Of a stretch of 64,000 nt of DNA, positions 20,021 through 30,629 are shown piece by piece. Source of the DNA: an uncultured Bacilli bacterium (GTDB lineage: Bacteria; Bacillota_I; Bacilli_A; RFN20; CAG-826); NCBI GenBank assembly GCA_934699525.1, contig CAKUWP010000008.1, positions 5,603-69,602 of the forward strand, given 5' to 3'. Every line of letters starts with the position of its first letter. The first letter of the stretch is position 1. The notes beneath the pieces are model-generated. The model was not told the DNA's origin. It saw only the letters and a program-made list of their open reading frames with translations, and searched no databases. The position numbers and the translations under genes are program-made.

Positions 20021-21568
20021 TTAGGCGTCAGAAAGGACTCTAGCCGCCGTTTCAAACGCCCTTAACGCAGCCTTCAGCAAGTCCTGGCCTTCTTTGTCAC
20101 GGGGCAATAATGCATAGACGCCCCTCCCGCCTGCACTAATGGGCAAGGGGAGATAGCGGGAACTTCCCATCGTGGAAAAACCGCTAACCAAAGCGCGACT
20201 AGATGCAAAAAGTGGATAACGCCTCCCCATTTCAAAAACGCCGGAAAGCAAACTTTGCGCCAGGGAACGGGGCAAGATTTTATGAAGATTGGCCAAGAAA
20301 ACTCCACCGAAATAAGATGGTCTTACGCTTCCAAGAAGCATCGGCTCGCGTTTGGACAAGAAGTCGCCCATCATCTCCGCGGGAATCGCATAAGGAGAGA
20401 GGCGAGAAAAACTATTGGAAAGCAATTTGCCACCAAAATCATAGGATTCTTGCAAAGAGCACTCTTCCGCTTCTTGTTCGGTTAAAGAGGTGGAAACGCA
20501 GGCAATAGCATTGCCCGCCCCCGACCAGGAATTCAGTTGCAATCCCAAATCCACGCGGAAAGGGACCGAAGCAACATTCGTTAGAGGCGCATTGCAATAG
20601 CCAAATTGGATTCGGGTATCTCTACCTTCCGCAGAAGGGACATTTTCTTCCACGTATAAAGGGGGGAGGGTAGCCATTCCACCACGTCCAAAATAATTGG
20701 TTTCAAAATCGCGGCCATTGATTTCGACGAAAACGCCTAGACGTGGCGTGGCGTTTTTCAAGGGAACGCGACACTTAGCAGCGGTTTCAAGGCCAAGGGG
20801 TGTATTTCCCCCAGCAACGACGACCTGCACCGCTTTCACGCTTTTCCTTGTTCCATTCAAAAGGAAACTCACCCCTTTTGGCCATCCGAGAAAACGATCA
20901 ACAGAAAGGGCTTTTGCTCCATAAATGACACGCCCGCCACGATCTGTAATATATCGTTCCATCGCCAGGCAAAGGGAATTCACTTGGTCTTTGGAGACAA
21001 AAGAAAAGCCTTCTTTTTTAACGGATTCGGGAAGCCCCAAAGAAACAAGGGCATCCAAAACAAATTGAGATTGGCTTGTACGAATTTCTCTTTGCAAATA
21101 GCCTCCATGCAAAGCAGAAAAGCCACCGAAACCATAGGAGGGATTCGAAGCGGGGTCAAAAATTTGCTTTTCCCTAAAGTCGTGGTAGCTTTTTTCTCGA
21201 TTGACAGCATTGCCGCCTTGTTCCAAGACAATCACTTCAGCCCCATGCTTAGCCAATAAATAAGCGCAAAAAAGCCCAGAAAAACCTGTACCTATTACGC
21301 AAATAGCCCCTTTGCCGTGAAAGGAAGGAAATTGAAAGGGGGCCATTTCCTCGAAGAAATGAATCTGAGTATTGCGAACAAAAGAAAAGGTATCGACTGC
21401 ACAGTCATAAAAAACACAAAGGCGGTTATCCACTAGTCTCGCACGCCGATTCACCCATTCAAAGCGGAAGGAATTGGAAGGAATTCGCAACCGATTGGCA
21501 ATTTGATTTCTAATTTGAGCTTCCCCTTGATTAGGAAGAAGCATAATATCCCCTACAAAATACCTCAT
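20021..21568 (-). CDS. FAD-dependent oxidoreductase-like protein (COG2509-like)
   Basis: Dinucleotide-binding motif ICVIGTGFSGLFCAYLLAKHGAEVIVLEQG. ATGA overlap with the upstream gene. Confidence 0.65.
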   Translation of the reverse strand: MRYFVGDIMLLPNQGEAQIRNQIANRLRIPSNSFRFEWVNRRARLVDNRLCVFYDCAVDTFSFVRNTQIHFFEEMAPFQFPSFHGKGAICVIGTGFSGLFCAYLLAKHGAEVIVLEQGGNAVNREKSYHDFREKQIFDPASNPSYGFGGFSALHGGYLQREIRTSQSQFVLDALVSLGLPESVKKEGFSFVSKDQVNSLCLAMERYITDRGGRVIYGAKALSVDRFLGWPKGVSFLLNGTRKSVKAVQVVVAGGNTPLGLETAAKCRVPLKNATPRLGVFVEINGRDFETNYFGRGGMATLPPLYVEENVPSAEGRDTRIQFGYCNAPLTNVASVPFRVDLGLQLNSWSGAGNAIACVSTSLTEQEAEECSLQESYDFGGKLLSNSFSRLSPYAIPAEMMGDFLSKREPMLLGSVRPSYFGGVFLANLHKILPRSLAQSLLSGVFEMGRRYPLFASSRALVSGFSTMGSSRYLPLPISAGGRGVYALLPRDKEGQDLLKAALRAFETAARVLSDA

Positions 21569-22716
21569 AGCACCCCTCTAGCAGCCAAAATTCCGGATAT
21601 GGCCGCCCATAACAAATTATATCCTCCGCAATAGCCGGCAACATCCAAACATTCGCCCGCAAAGGAAACTCGCGTTTCTTTTTTGGATCGAAGCGTTTCT
21701 TCGTCCACTTCACCTAAAGCGATGCCGCCCAAACTAACCTGGCTATCCTCGAAACCGTAATTCTCTTGGTAATGAAAGACCAAATCTTTGGCTCTTTTTG
21801 CAAGTGCCATCGGATCGTGATTCCCGTTAAAAGACAAATAACGGGCCAATGGTTCCATCAGATATCCATCCAAATAAAAGGAGCGTTTTTTAGAAGACTC
21901 CATCCAGCAGGAACCCAGCTGTTCTAGCGAATAATCCGGGAACAAGTCCAAGTGAATCTCCGTTCCTTTTTTCGCGTGGTTCACGGATAAAAATAAGGAC
22001 GCATTGAAAATTGCGATTCCAGATAGGCCGTCTTTTTTCCAAAGTATCTCCCCTCGCTCAGAGAAAAGAGAGCCCCCCATATCGATTCGAATCTTAGCGT
22101 CGTGACGCACACCTGCCAAAGATTTGGTATGTTCCGCAGTGCGAATTGGACACAAAACCGGCAAAAAGGAATGAGATACATAGTGGTGTTTCTCAAAAAC
22201 TTTCGCCATAGACCCATCCGTCCCAAGGTTTTTCCCAGACGCGCCACCCGTACAAAAAATAACGTGATCAAAGTCTTCTTTACCGCCTGAAGTTATCAGC
22301 TCCACCTTATTCGAAAAGACGTGGTAATCTATCAAGCGTTCTAGGCAACGTACCTTAACGCCCTTTTCTTGGAGCAACTCCTCCAAGTAATGGACAAATG
22401 AGGGAGCGCTATAAATGAGGGGATAAGCTAATTCACCATGATAAAGCAGAGGAACGCCTAGCTCTTGCCATTTCTTCTCCATATCTTGAGGAGAAAACCG
22501 TGCAAAAACCCCGCGGATAAAATCAGAGCAATTGTAAAAAGAGGGGGAAGCATCGCAATGTAAAAGATTGCAGTGGCCATTACCCGTCGCGTATATCTTT
22601 TTAGCCAGCTTATCGTTTTGTTCGAAAATAACAACCTCCGCACAGGGGTCTATCGTTTTCATTTCAATGCCGGCCATTATGCCAGACAAACTTCCGCCTA
22701 CAATACCTACACGCAT
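21565..22716 (-). CDS. HI0933/BaiN-like NAD(P)/FAD-dependent flavoprotein
   Basis: MRVGIVGGSLSGIMAG...ATGNGHCNL... and C-terminal GYCGGYNLLWA, typical of the HI0933-like family. Confidence 0.7.
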   Translation of the reverse strand: MRVGIVGGSLSGIMAGIEMKTIDPCAEVVIFEQNDKLAKKIYATGNGHCNLLHCDASPSFYNCSDFIRGVFARFSPQDMEKKWQELGVPLLYHGELAYPLIYSAPSFVHYLEELLQEKGVKVRCLERLIDYHVFSNKVELITSGGKEDFDHVIFCTGGASGKNLGTDGSMAKVFEKHHYVSHSFLPVLCPIRTAEHTKSLAGVRHDAKIRIDMGGSLFSERGEILWKKDGLSGIAIFNASLFLSVNHAKKGTEIHLDLFPDYSLEQLGSCWMESSKKRSFYLDGYLMEPLARYLSFNGNHDPMALAKRAKDLVFHYQENYGFEDSQVSLGGIALGEVDEETLRSKKETRVSFAGECLDVAGYCGGYNLLWAAISGILAARGVL

Positions 22717-22730
22717 ACTTAATATTGTAA

Positions 22731-22758
22731 AAGAGGCTTCGCGAATTTGAAGCCTCTT
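22731..22758 (-). terminator. terminator hairpin after glnA
   Basis: Perfect 10-bp stem AAGAGGCTTC-N8-GAAGCCTCTT, 17 nt after the glnA stop. T-rich tracts lie on both sides, so it may be bidirectional. Confidence 0.6.
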
Positions 22759-22774
22759 CCCCTTTTTATGTTTT

Positions 22775-24118
22775 TTATCGATCTAAGTAATGGGAGATTT
22801 CCCAGTCCGAGACATAACTACGATATTGGTCCCATTCCAAACGCTTCGCTTCAAGATATTTATTGTAAGTATGGTCTCCAAGCATTTGATAGATTAACGG
22901 ATCGCGGGTCATCTCTTTTACTGCGTCTTTGAGGTTTTCTGGCAAATTCGGAATCCCCTGCGCCTCTCTTTGTTCGCGAGTAAGAGAGAAAATGTTGTCG
23001 TAGACCGGCGGGACCAATTCTTCTTCTTTGATATTTTTTAGCCCATCCATTCCCGCGGCCAAAATCGCGGCTAACGCCAAATAAGGATTGGCCGTGGCGT
23101 CGACATTGCGAAGTTCGGTTCTTGTTCCCTTGCCGCGGCTAGCGGGAATGCGAATCATGGCCGAACGGTTCGCGTCACTCCAGCAAACATAGCAGGGGGC
23201 CTCGTAACCAGGAATCAAACGCTTGTAGGAATTAACGCTGGGGTTCGTTAGAGCAGCGAGGGATCGGGCGTGTTTGATGATGCCACTAATCCATTTGCGG
23301 CAAAGAAGCGAAAGTTTCAACGGATCGTTGGGATCATAGAAGAGATTAACGCCCTCCGCATCGGAAAGAGAACAGTTCGTATGCATTCCAGACCCATTGA
23401 TCCCCGCAATGGGCTTAGGCATAAAGGTGGCTAAATAGCCATGTTTTCGAGCGATGAATTTGACAACCTGTTTGAAGGTTTGGACATTGTCGCAAGCCTC
23501 TAAAACGTGAGCAAAGCGGAAATTGATTTCTTCTTGCCCCGGGGCAACCTCATGATGGGCGGTTTGGATAACGAAACCAAGCCGTTCCAACTCCATGGCG
23601 ATATCACGCCGCACATATTCGGCCCCATCGATTGGAGACAAATCAAAATAGGATCCTTTGTCGACAGGGTTAAGAGTCGGGCATCCTTTTTCATCCAGTT
23701 TGAACAAGAAAAATTCGGGTTCAAAGCCTACGTCTAGAGCCGAAATGCCCATGTCGTTAAGCGCTTTGATTTGTCGTTTCAAAATAAAACGAGGATCCCC
23801 TACAAACGGTTTTCCATAAGAAGTGTAAACATCGCAAATCAAACGAGCGACCTTTCCGTACGTCGAATCTTCAAAATCAAGAATCATCCACGTATCCAAG
23901 TCGGGCCGGAGGAACATATCGGCTTCTTTAATTCGGACGAAACCCTCAATCGACGAGCCGTCAAACATAATTTTGTTATCCAAAGCATCGTCAAGTTGGG
24001 CAACCGAAATTTCTACGGCTTTGATGGACCCTAGAATGTCCGTAAATTGGAGCCGTACGTAGCCAACCTTCTCCTCTTTTGCCATTTTTAGGATATCGGC
24101 TTTGCTGTATTTTCTCAT
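22775..24118 (-). CDS. glnA: glutamine synthetase, type I
   Basis: 447 aa, ...VRLQFTDILG...FDGSSIEGF...GSGMHTNCSL...NPYLA... Confidence 0.93.
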   Translation of the reverse strand: MRKYSKADILKMAKEEKVGYVRLQFTDILGSIKAVEISVAQLDDALDNKIMFDGSSIEGFVRIKEADMFLRPDLDTWMILDFEDSTYGKVARLICDVYTSYGKPFVGDPRFILKRQIKALNDMGISALDVGFEPEFFLFKLDEKGCPTLNPVDKGSYFDLSPIDGAEYVRRDIAMELERLGFVIQTAHHEVAPGQEEINFRFAHVLEACDNVQTFKQVVKFIARKHGYLATFMPKPIAGINGSGMHTNCSLSDAEGVNLFYDPNDPLKLSLLCRKWISGIIKHARSLAALTNPSVNSYKRLIPGYEAPCYVCWSDANRSAMIRIPASRGKGTRTELRNVDATANPYLALAAILAAGMDGLKNIKEEELVPPVYDNIFSLTREQREAQGIPNLPENLKDAVKEMTRDPLIYQMLGDHTYNKYLEAKRLEWDQYRSYVSDWEISHYLDR

Positions 24119-24151
24119 AATTGGTGTCCTTTCACCTTAATGAACCAAAAA

Positions 24152-24179
24152 ATTATGGATTTTTAAGAATTCATGTCAA
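24152..24179 (-). promoter_or_regulatory. candidate glnA promoter
   Basis: The minus strand reads TTGACA (24174-24179), a 16-nt spacer, then CATAAT (24152-24157), about 35 nt before the ATG. Confidence 0.45.
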
Positions 24180-24395
24180 TATCATTGTCAAAAAAATTTT
24201 ACTTTCTCGATTTTATCGCAACTTTTTAAGGACAACCAATAGTACTCTTACTCCTTTATAAAAATTAACCTTGGAAATTTTTCTATTAAATTGACACTTT
24301 TTCCACCCTCTTCAAATCATAAGGAAAACCAAAGAATTCATTAGAGTTCATCGGAATATTTACCTTCCAATCCTGAAAGGGCATAATAGGTCAAT

Positions 24396-24992
24396 ATGAA
24401 CGAAAGAGAAGGCCTCGTCTACTGCATTTCTCAAATGGAAATGCTCCACCTCAAGCTCCATCACCTCTATTTACAATTGGAGCCCGAAGAGCAAAAAAGG
24501 GCTTTCCCCAATGGCTTCTTGACCTTCCAAAATCATTTCAATGAGTTGCTCCAATTCAATCTGGCAAGCATCTCGTCTCAATTCGGCCATTTCAATTTAG
24601 AAGAACGTTTTCTTCTAGCGGGCATTGCCAACATGTCCGTGGATTTAACCGCGGATCTTAACCGCCACTTAGTCAAAAGAAATTTCCCCATCGAAATTCA
24701 TTGGACTGCTCAGCCTAAAATCCTCAATGACAAATTAGAACAGATAAAAGAAGCCATTCAGGAACCTATCGCCGCCCTTCGTGAGGAAGTTCAAAAAGGA
24801 ATAGATTCGTTGCCATTCTCTCAAAAGGATTTCTCCGATTACGCAGAGGGCATCTTATTGATTTCAGATAAATTAATGGCACTAAGCAACGATCGAAACG
24901 AAGAAAATTGCAATATCGCCGCCGATGTCATGCGCCAGGAATTCATCAATCCTCTTTTTAGCGGCAACCGCTTTATTCTCGCCATTTGTTAA
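24396..24992 (+). CDS. hypothetical protein (predicted all-helical), unknown function
   Basis: 198-aa ORF with ordinary composition and no recognisable motif. Confidence 0.55.
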   Translation: MNEREGLVYCISQMEMLHLKLHHLYLQLEPEEQKRAFPNGFLTFQNHFNELLQFNLASISSQFGHFNLEERFLLAGIANMSVDLTADLNRHLVKRNFPIEIHWTAQPKILNDKLEQIKEAIQEPIAALREEVQKGIDSLPFSQKDFSDYAEGILLISDKLMALSNDRNEENCNIAADVMRQEFINPLFSGNRFILAIC

Positions 24993-25048
24993 TCGATAAA
25001 CCAAGCCAATAAGCCTATACGTCCCGCCTCTTTTTTTATTCTTGCAGC

Positions 25049-26302
25049 TTATTTGATATGAAAATCTTCGGCGATGGAAGAAAAAGTTCCTGCCGTCCAG
25101 CCCATCATTTCATTAGCGGGATATTCTTTCTTTTTGGCCCTCCCGCCTTGCAAGGGATCGTAGGTTTCCCATAGTTTTCCCGTATCCAAGAAACATTGCG
25201 AAACATTGCGGAGCCATCTTTCGCCCACTTCCTTTGCTTCTTTATCCATCCCAATGGACCGAAGGCCCCAATAGACCAAATAATTGTCGTAAGGCCAAGA
25301 ATAGGGATAAGCAGCTTGATAAGCGATGGTTTCCGAGGGATCTTTTTGCGTGGAAACCACCCCAAAAGGATAAAGCAAGCGTTCCAAGGCCTTTCTAGCG
25401 GCTTCTTGATTATCGGAAAGCCCCGTAATAAAGGGCATGAATTGACCGGTAAAACAAAAATCAGGGCGCAGGAAACAACCGCGGTCAAAATCGTAATCGT
25501 AATAGAGGCCGTCTTCCGCGAGCATATAGCGATCCATTTTTTGTTTCCTGCTTTGGGCATTAGCAAGGAAACGGGCTTGTTCTTCGGGTTCAAACCGCTC
25601 TGCTAAAGCAGCCAAATCCAGTTCCATTCCATACAGATTTGCATTCAAATCGACGGGATTCACGTAAATTCCTCGATCTAAGAAACGCGGGGTGAAATCT
25701 AAACCGGCCTCTGCATCTGCGACATAGCATTCCCCTAAATGGGCCATTTCCTTCTCGCTTTTATCCACGGAAAGACCAAGTCGTTCCAAAGCGACGTAAC
25801 GATAGTAATCCACCAATTCTTCTTGGGGCAACGGGTTATGAAAATGTCGGTTCAATCCATTAGGCGCGATCCGCTTGCTCATCCAAAAGTCGTATTCTTT
25901 TTTCAAAGCGAGATAGGCCTTTTGAAGCCACGCTGAATCGAATTTTGCCCGAGCAATATCCATGACCATAAAATGGAGATAAGGCGGCTGGGAACACCAC
26001 CGAATCAAGTTGGCGTTATAGGCATTGGGTACAAAGCCTAGCTTTTCTAAAGTGTAAACCAAATTATCGACGTTCCATTTGGCTAAATCGAAATGGCCAT
26101 CCGCTATCATTCCTCGATTGGTATAAAACGTGTCCCAATAAAACAACGAATGGAAATCTCCAGCAATGCAAGGCGGGACAAAAGGGCAAGGCAAACGAAA
26201 CCCGTCATCTGGTTCGTTTTCCGGTTTATGAACGGCGGCCTCCCAGCGGGAAGAAATATACGTCCTAGTCCGAATAACTGCTTCAACTTCTTTTGAATTC
26301 AT
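25049..26302 (-). CDS. cytoplasmic glycoside hydrolase, GH37 (trehalase)-like
   Basis: No signal peptide. FHSLFYWDTFYTNRG resembles the GH37 motif R-F-x-E-x-Y-Y-W-D-S-Y. The sequence also contains VDLNANLYG..., ...DGLYYDYDF... and ...KLWETYDP. Confidence 0.6.
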   Translation of the reverse strand: MNSKEVEAVIRTRTYISSRWEAAVHKPENEPDDGFRLPCPFVPPCIAGDFHSLFYWDTFYTNRGMIADGHFDLAKWNVDNLVYTLEKLGFVPNAYNANLIRWCSQPPYLHFMVMDIARAKFDSAWLQKAYLALKKEYDFWMSKRIAPNGLNRHFHNPLPQEELVDYYRYVALERLGLSVDKSEKEMAHLGECYVADAEAGLDFTPRFLDRGIYVNPVDLNANLYGMELDLAALAERFEPEEQARFLANAQSRKQKMDRYMLAEDGLYYDYDFDRGCFLRPDFCFTGQFMPFITGLSDNQEAARKALERLLYPFGVVSTQKDPSETIAYQAAYPYSWPYDNYLVYWGLRSIGMDKEAKEVGERWLRNVSQCFLDTGKLWETYDPLQGGRAKKKEYPANEMMGWTAGTFSSIAEDFHIK

Positions 26303-26311
26303 GAAGGCACC

Positions 26312-28702
26312 TCACTCATCGTCGGCAAAAACTAAACGCGCCTCACCGATTAGACCAGCATCCAAATCCGTTCCCTCGATTCTGTTAGCTAAAACACTTT
26401 GGATGCGAACATGGATTTCATTGTGTCCAGAATGAAGCGCGTTCGTTAAATCAAAGTCATAGGGGGCCCATAAGCGTGCTCCGACGTCTTTCTCGTTGCA
26501 CCGAACCCAAGCAAAGTCACGAACTTGATCAAGGCACAGTCTTGCCTTATTCGGACATTTATCCACGTCAAAGGTATAAAGAAGATCTATGGTGCCGTCA
26601 AAATGGGCAATTCCATTTTCATGGGCAGAGGTCAATTTTTCTTCTTTTCCATTAAATGAAGCTTTCTCGCACTTCAAAACTATCGAATTCCATTTCAAAG
26701 CCTTTGCAGGGACTTGATTTCCGGGTCGCAAAATCAGCAACATGGATTCTTTTGGACCAAAAGCAATGCGTTCCTGACGTTCTTCTCCCGCTTCAAAAAG
26801 CACACACGTCTCCCCTGTTTCGCCATTCCACCGTTCAACCTGCAGCCCTTTAGGAACTAAAAATCCAATCGTGGAAGGAACCTCTAAAGCATTTAGAAGA
26901 AAACGAATAAGAGTCTCTCCGTCCTTCCTGCCATAGCAATAAACGCCATGCCCAACAACTTCTAAGTCTAGTTCCTTGGTCAAATAACGAACGGCGTCCG
27001 CTTCTTCATAATAGGTGAAGGAGACCATCCCGGAGATAAAGCCTTTATCCTTGCCCATTTTCATCACAACGCCGGATTCGGCATACCGTTGCACCTGCAG
27101 AGCCGCCTCGCTAGAAGGAAGACAAGGCAAAATCAAAGCTTCGTATCCGTGATTTTTAATCACAAGTCTCGTCCCTTCCACTCGGGATTCAACCAGTTGA
27201 TCTTCGGAGACAAAATCGAAATCGATTCCTTTATCCAAAAGGGCGCCCGTGAGAGAAGCGAGACATTCGTCCATCAAACGAACGTCATAATGATTTAAAG
27301 GAGCAAAAATCTCGGCGGCTTTTTTCGCTGGATAATAAACGGCGATTTTGGCATCCCTTTCACCTTGGCTTAAAACATAAGACAAGCGGGATACATAGTT
27401 CGCAAACTGATGATATTCCTTCCAATAAGGGTTTTGAATGAATTGAGAAGGGGGCGACTCCAATGCACGATATCCTTCCGTTGAATAGAAGAACGCATGG
27501 GGAACGAGCATATTGACGCCTTGAACATATTGAAGATCGACACGTTCTTTCATTTCTTGCGGGGTTAAAGACCAAGAAAAGCACCCAAAGGTCTCGGAAA
27601 AACAACGAGGTTTGTTCAAGAAATGGGCCGCGCTAGCGCCTAATTTTTCAGTAACGCGGGGAAAAACATGGTCGATGCAGTCGATGCCAGAATAATCAAG
27701 CGCATCCATCACACCAAAGAAATTGCCCTCCATTTGGACAAGATCCTCCAGCTTTTCCTCCCGATGCAAATGGCCAATATGAAGCAATCCATCCGCATGC
27801 AAAAAGGAAGAAATCACATCGAAATAAGATTCGCGATAAAACCGAACAAGCGCTTCGTAATAGTCTTTTCTCGTCTTGGGGCTGATTTCCATGTTTTGCC
27901 ATAGCCCACATAGATGGGGACGTATATCGTAGCCATAAGCCTTTTCAAACCGCTCCGCAAAATCAGGGGTCCAGGCGATAGAATTTAAATTACGGTCTTG
28001 ATCGAGGTAATTTTGGTAAAAACCAGGCTCGTCCGTGAAAAAGCCCTTTATGACGTTCCCCCAATATTCTGGTAAGCGTTTTTTATATTCTTTGTGCGTC
28101 GCAGAAAGAAATACCTGTGTAGCCTTGGGATTAAGCAAGTCCACGTAGGGCTTATCCGAATACGCGGGGCGGTGGTCGCATTTCTCCATACGGAAAACAA
28201 ATACTTCCCAGCTTAACGTTTCTGAATGCCAAGGTTCTTTGCCGTTCCGACCATAATCCGTGATATCGACAAATTCGCGGTCCTGATAAACCGCGGTGAC
28301 TTCTACTAACTTTGAATGAGGCCGATCCTCGACGACAACAGGCTTCCCTAGAACCGGATATATTTTTTCTACGCTCAAACACCAAGCGCAAAAATCCGGA
28401 TTCGCATCGACGACGCGACCGCTCGCATACCCACTCGGCCAATTATCTTCGTCGTAAATCCACAAGCGCATCCCAAGTCGCTTTGCCGTTTCGCAGGATA
28501 GGCGAACTCGTTCAAACCATGCATCGGACAAATAAGGCATCGTTAGGCCTTTTCTCGCATGAATAATCGCCTCATTTACACCTTGTTCCTTCATTTGTTC
28601 CAGTTGAAAAACAATTTGATCTTCCTTCATTTCACCGTTCCAAAACCAAAAAGGAACAGGTCCATATTCGGATGAAGGATAAAGGAATGCATTTTCGTTC
28701 AT
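26312..28702 (-). CDS. cytoplasmic glycoside-hydrolase-like protein (N-terminal TIM-barrel-like, C-terminal GH2-type sugar-binding jelly roll)
   Basis: N-terminus ...YGPVPFWFWNGEM...IHARKGL...WIYDEDNWPSGYA is typical of uncharacterised GH-like (GH106-like) proteins. The C-terminus is ...WAPYDFDLTNALHSGHNEIHVRI. The family assignment is tentative. Confidence 0.55.
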   Translation of the reverse strand: MNENAFLYPSSEYGPVPFWFWNGEMKEDQIVFQLEQMKEQGVNEAIIHARKGLTMPYLSDAWFERVRLSCETAKRLGMRLWIYDEDNWPSGYASGRVVDANPDFCAWCLSVEKIYPVLGKPVVVEDRPHSKLVEVTAVYQDREFVDITDYGRNGKEPWHSETLSWEVFVFRMEKCDHRPAYSDKPYVDLLNPKATQVFLSATHKEYKKRLPEYWGNVIKGFFTDEPGFYQNYLDQDRNLNSIAWTPDFAERFEKAYGYDIRPHLCGLWQNMEISPKTRKDYYEALVRFYRESYFDVISSFLHADGLLHIGHLHREEKLEDLVQMEGNFFGVMDALDYSGIDCIDHVFPRVTEKLGASAAHFLNKPRCFSETFGCFSWSLTPQEMKERVDLQYVQGVNMLVPHAFFYSTEGYRALESPPSQFIQNPYWKEYHQFANYVSRLSYVLSQGERDAKIAVYYPAKKAAEIFAPLNHYDVRLMDECLASLTGALLDKGIDFDFVSEDQLVESRVEGTRLVIKNHGYEALILPCLPSSEAALQVQRYAESGVVMKMGKDKGFISGMVSFTYYEEADAVRYLTKELDLEVVGHGVYCYGRKDGETLIRFLLNALEVPSTIGFLVPKGLQVERWNGETGETCVLFEAGEERQERIAFGPKESMLLILRPGNQVPAKALKWNSIVLKCEKASFNGKEEKLTSAHENGIAHFDGTIDLLYTFDVDKCPNKARLCLDQVRDFAWVRCNEKDVGARLWAPYDFDLTNALHSGHNEIHVRIQSVLANRIEGTDLDAGLIGEARLVFADDE

Positions 28703-28881
28703 TGGAATTACCTATTAGATAGCGAAATTCACGATGCGTAAATTTTCCCCATTATTATAGAACGCCGCTGAGCTCGCTTTTCATTTTTTCATGATACAAA
28801 ACTGCTATTTTTAATACCTTTTAAAAGCGTAAGGGCTTTCTTTGCCTTTTTTTATGTCTTTTTTTCTATAGGAGTCTATCA

Positions 28882-29733
28882 TTGATAAGTAAGAATATGA
28901 AACACAGCAAACCCATGCTCATTCGGCCGGATAGTGATCGAATCACCCAGCAATACGCCACGCCAAACCCTCCCCATAATCACGTTTTGTGGGAGTTGAC
29001 CATCTATCAGGACGGAATATCCAAAAATATCGTTAACGGCATACCTGCCGATGCCACTTCTGGCGACATCTTTCTCATGGGTCCCGCCCACCTTCACGAA
29101 ATCGTTTTTATCAAAACGCCGCATTTACATCAGGACATTTATTTCACAGAGGAAGATATTCGTTTCGCCCTCAAGAACTGGCCAAGCGAATTATCGAAGG
29201 AAGTATTAAGTGGGGAGCGACTCATCCATTTAAAAGCGGACATCAACACCTATGATTCCGTGCAAAAATACTGCAAAACCCTCTTAAAATTCACGGTTTC
29301 CGACTCCATGGAAAAACGTCCTTCTGTCGTCAAAGCCCTATCCATCTCCCTCTTGGAATATATCCTTGGGCTTTATCTCATTGAAAATTACGGGGAGCGG
29401 CAAGGGGAACCAAAGTGGCTGATTGAATTACTCGTTCAACTCCAAAGACCAGAAGTATTCTCTAAAAGGGTCAATGACATCGTGGGGATGACCAACTATT
29501 CCCATTCCCAAGTCAGCACCATCTTTAAAAACTATCTCGGGGTATCCCTCGTGGATTACCTTATTAAAATTCGCATGTCTTACGCGGAGGAGTTACTGGC
29601 GAAAACCAATGCTTCCGTCTTAATGATTGCGGAAGAATGTGGGTACGCCTCCCTCTCCTCGTTCATCAAATTATTCCACGCCTTTACGGGATATACGCCG
29701 CTTCAGTACCGCAAAAAAGGCGGCAAGCAGTAA
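28882..29733 (+). CDS. AraC-family transcriptional regulator (cupin sensor + HTH)
   Basis: C-terminal ...IAEECGYASLSSFIKLFHAFTGYTPLQYR. TTG start with GGAG 7 nt upstream; an alternative ATG lies at 28897. Confidence 0.85.
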   Translation: MISKNMKHSKPMLIRPDSDRITQQYATPNPPHNHVLWELTIYQDGISKNIVNGIPADATSGDIFLMGPAHLHEIVFIKTPHLHQDIYFTEEDIRFALKNWPSELSKEVLSGERLIHLKADINTYDSVQKYCKTLLKFTVSDSMEKRPSVVKALSISLLEYILGLYLIENYGERQGEPKWLIELLVQLQRPEVFSKRVNDIVGMTNYSHSQVSTIFKNYLGVSLVDYLIKIRMSYAEELLAKTNASVLMIAEECGYASLSSFIKLFHAFTGYTPLQYRKKGGKQ

Positions 29734-29735
29734 AC

Positions 29736-30629
29736 CTATCCTTTTACTCCATCGCTAGCGGATAAGCCGTTTTGAAGCGGCTTCTGGAAAATCGCATACA
29801 TGATGACCACAGGGATCATGGAAATGATAAGAGCTGCAAATTTAACGCCGAAATCCACGTTGGCATCCGCCATCAGGTTATTCAAACCTGCAGACATCGT
29901 GTAAAAATTCTTGTCTTCGATAAAAGTAATCGACATAGCGTATTCATTCCAAACGCCCGTGAATGAAAGCAAAGCAACGATAAATAAGGGCGGCTTTACC
30001 ATCGGCAAAACCACGCGGAAGAATCGCTGGAATTCATTGGCGCCATCAATTTCAGCCGCTTCGAGAATGTCATTATTAATTCCGCGCATGAAAGGCAAGG
30101 TCAAGAAAATATAGAACGGAACGCCTTGAATCGCATTTAGTAACATTAACGTCGGAATCACCCACCAGCCGTCTAATAGATGCAATTTGTAGCAAAATTG
30201 ATACAAAGGGATTAGTAGAAGCATCTGGGGAACCATCATGAAAACCGAATAGAAATGGTCTAGAAGACGGAAAAAGAAATGATGGTATTTGGCAATCACA
30301 TAACTCGACCCTAAAACCATCAAGACGCAAAGGCAAACCGATCCGGCCGAAAGAATTAACGTATTCATGAAATAACGGCCGAATTGGGCTCCATTCCACG
30401 CCTCCGCGTAATTGTTAAACCGCCAAACCGTCGGCAAAGAGAATGCCCCTTGCATCACATCCCCTTTGTTTTTGAAAGAGGTCATGACGGCCCAAAGCAA
30501 GGGGAAAATAATTAAAATCGCCCAAAGGACTAGCAAGACGCGAAACACCCAGCGAATCGCGATGACGCTGCCAGATTCCGGAGCTTTTTTCGCTTTCAGC
30601 TTTGGGGTTTTTGCTACTTCTATTTTCAT
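29736..30629 (-). CDS. carbohydrate ABC transporter permease (MalG-like)
   Basis: 6-TM profile with EAA loop ...ILEAAEIDGANEFQRFFRVVLPMVKP. Confidence 0.88.
   Translation of the reverse strand: MKIEVAKTPKLKAKKAPESGSVIAIRWVFRVLLVLWAILIIFPLLWAVMTSFKNKGDVMQGAFSLPTVWRFNNYAEAWNGAQFGRYFMNTLILSAGSVCLCVLMVLGSSYVIAKYHHFFFRLLDHFYSVFMMVPQMLLLIPLYQFCYKLHLLDGWWVIPTLMLLNAIQGVPFYIFLTLPFMRGINNDILEAAEIDGANEFQRFFRVVLPMVKPPLFIVALLSFTGVWNEYAMSITFIEDKNFYTMSAGLNNLMADANVDFGVKFAALIISMIPVVIMYAIFQKPLQNGLSASDGVKG

Noticed and set aside
24174-24190. TGTCA-N7-TGTCA upstream of glnA as a possible GlnR/TnrA box.
   Set aside because: The GlnR/TnrA consensus is an inverted repeat (TGTNA-N7-TNACA). Here the two halves are direct repeats, so only one half-site matches. 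One copy is simply the -35 TTGACA on the coding strand.
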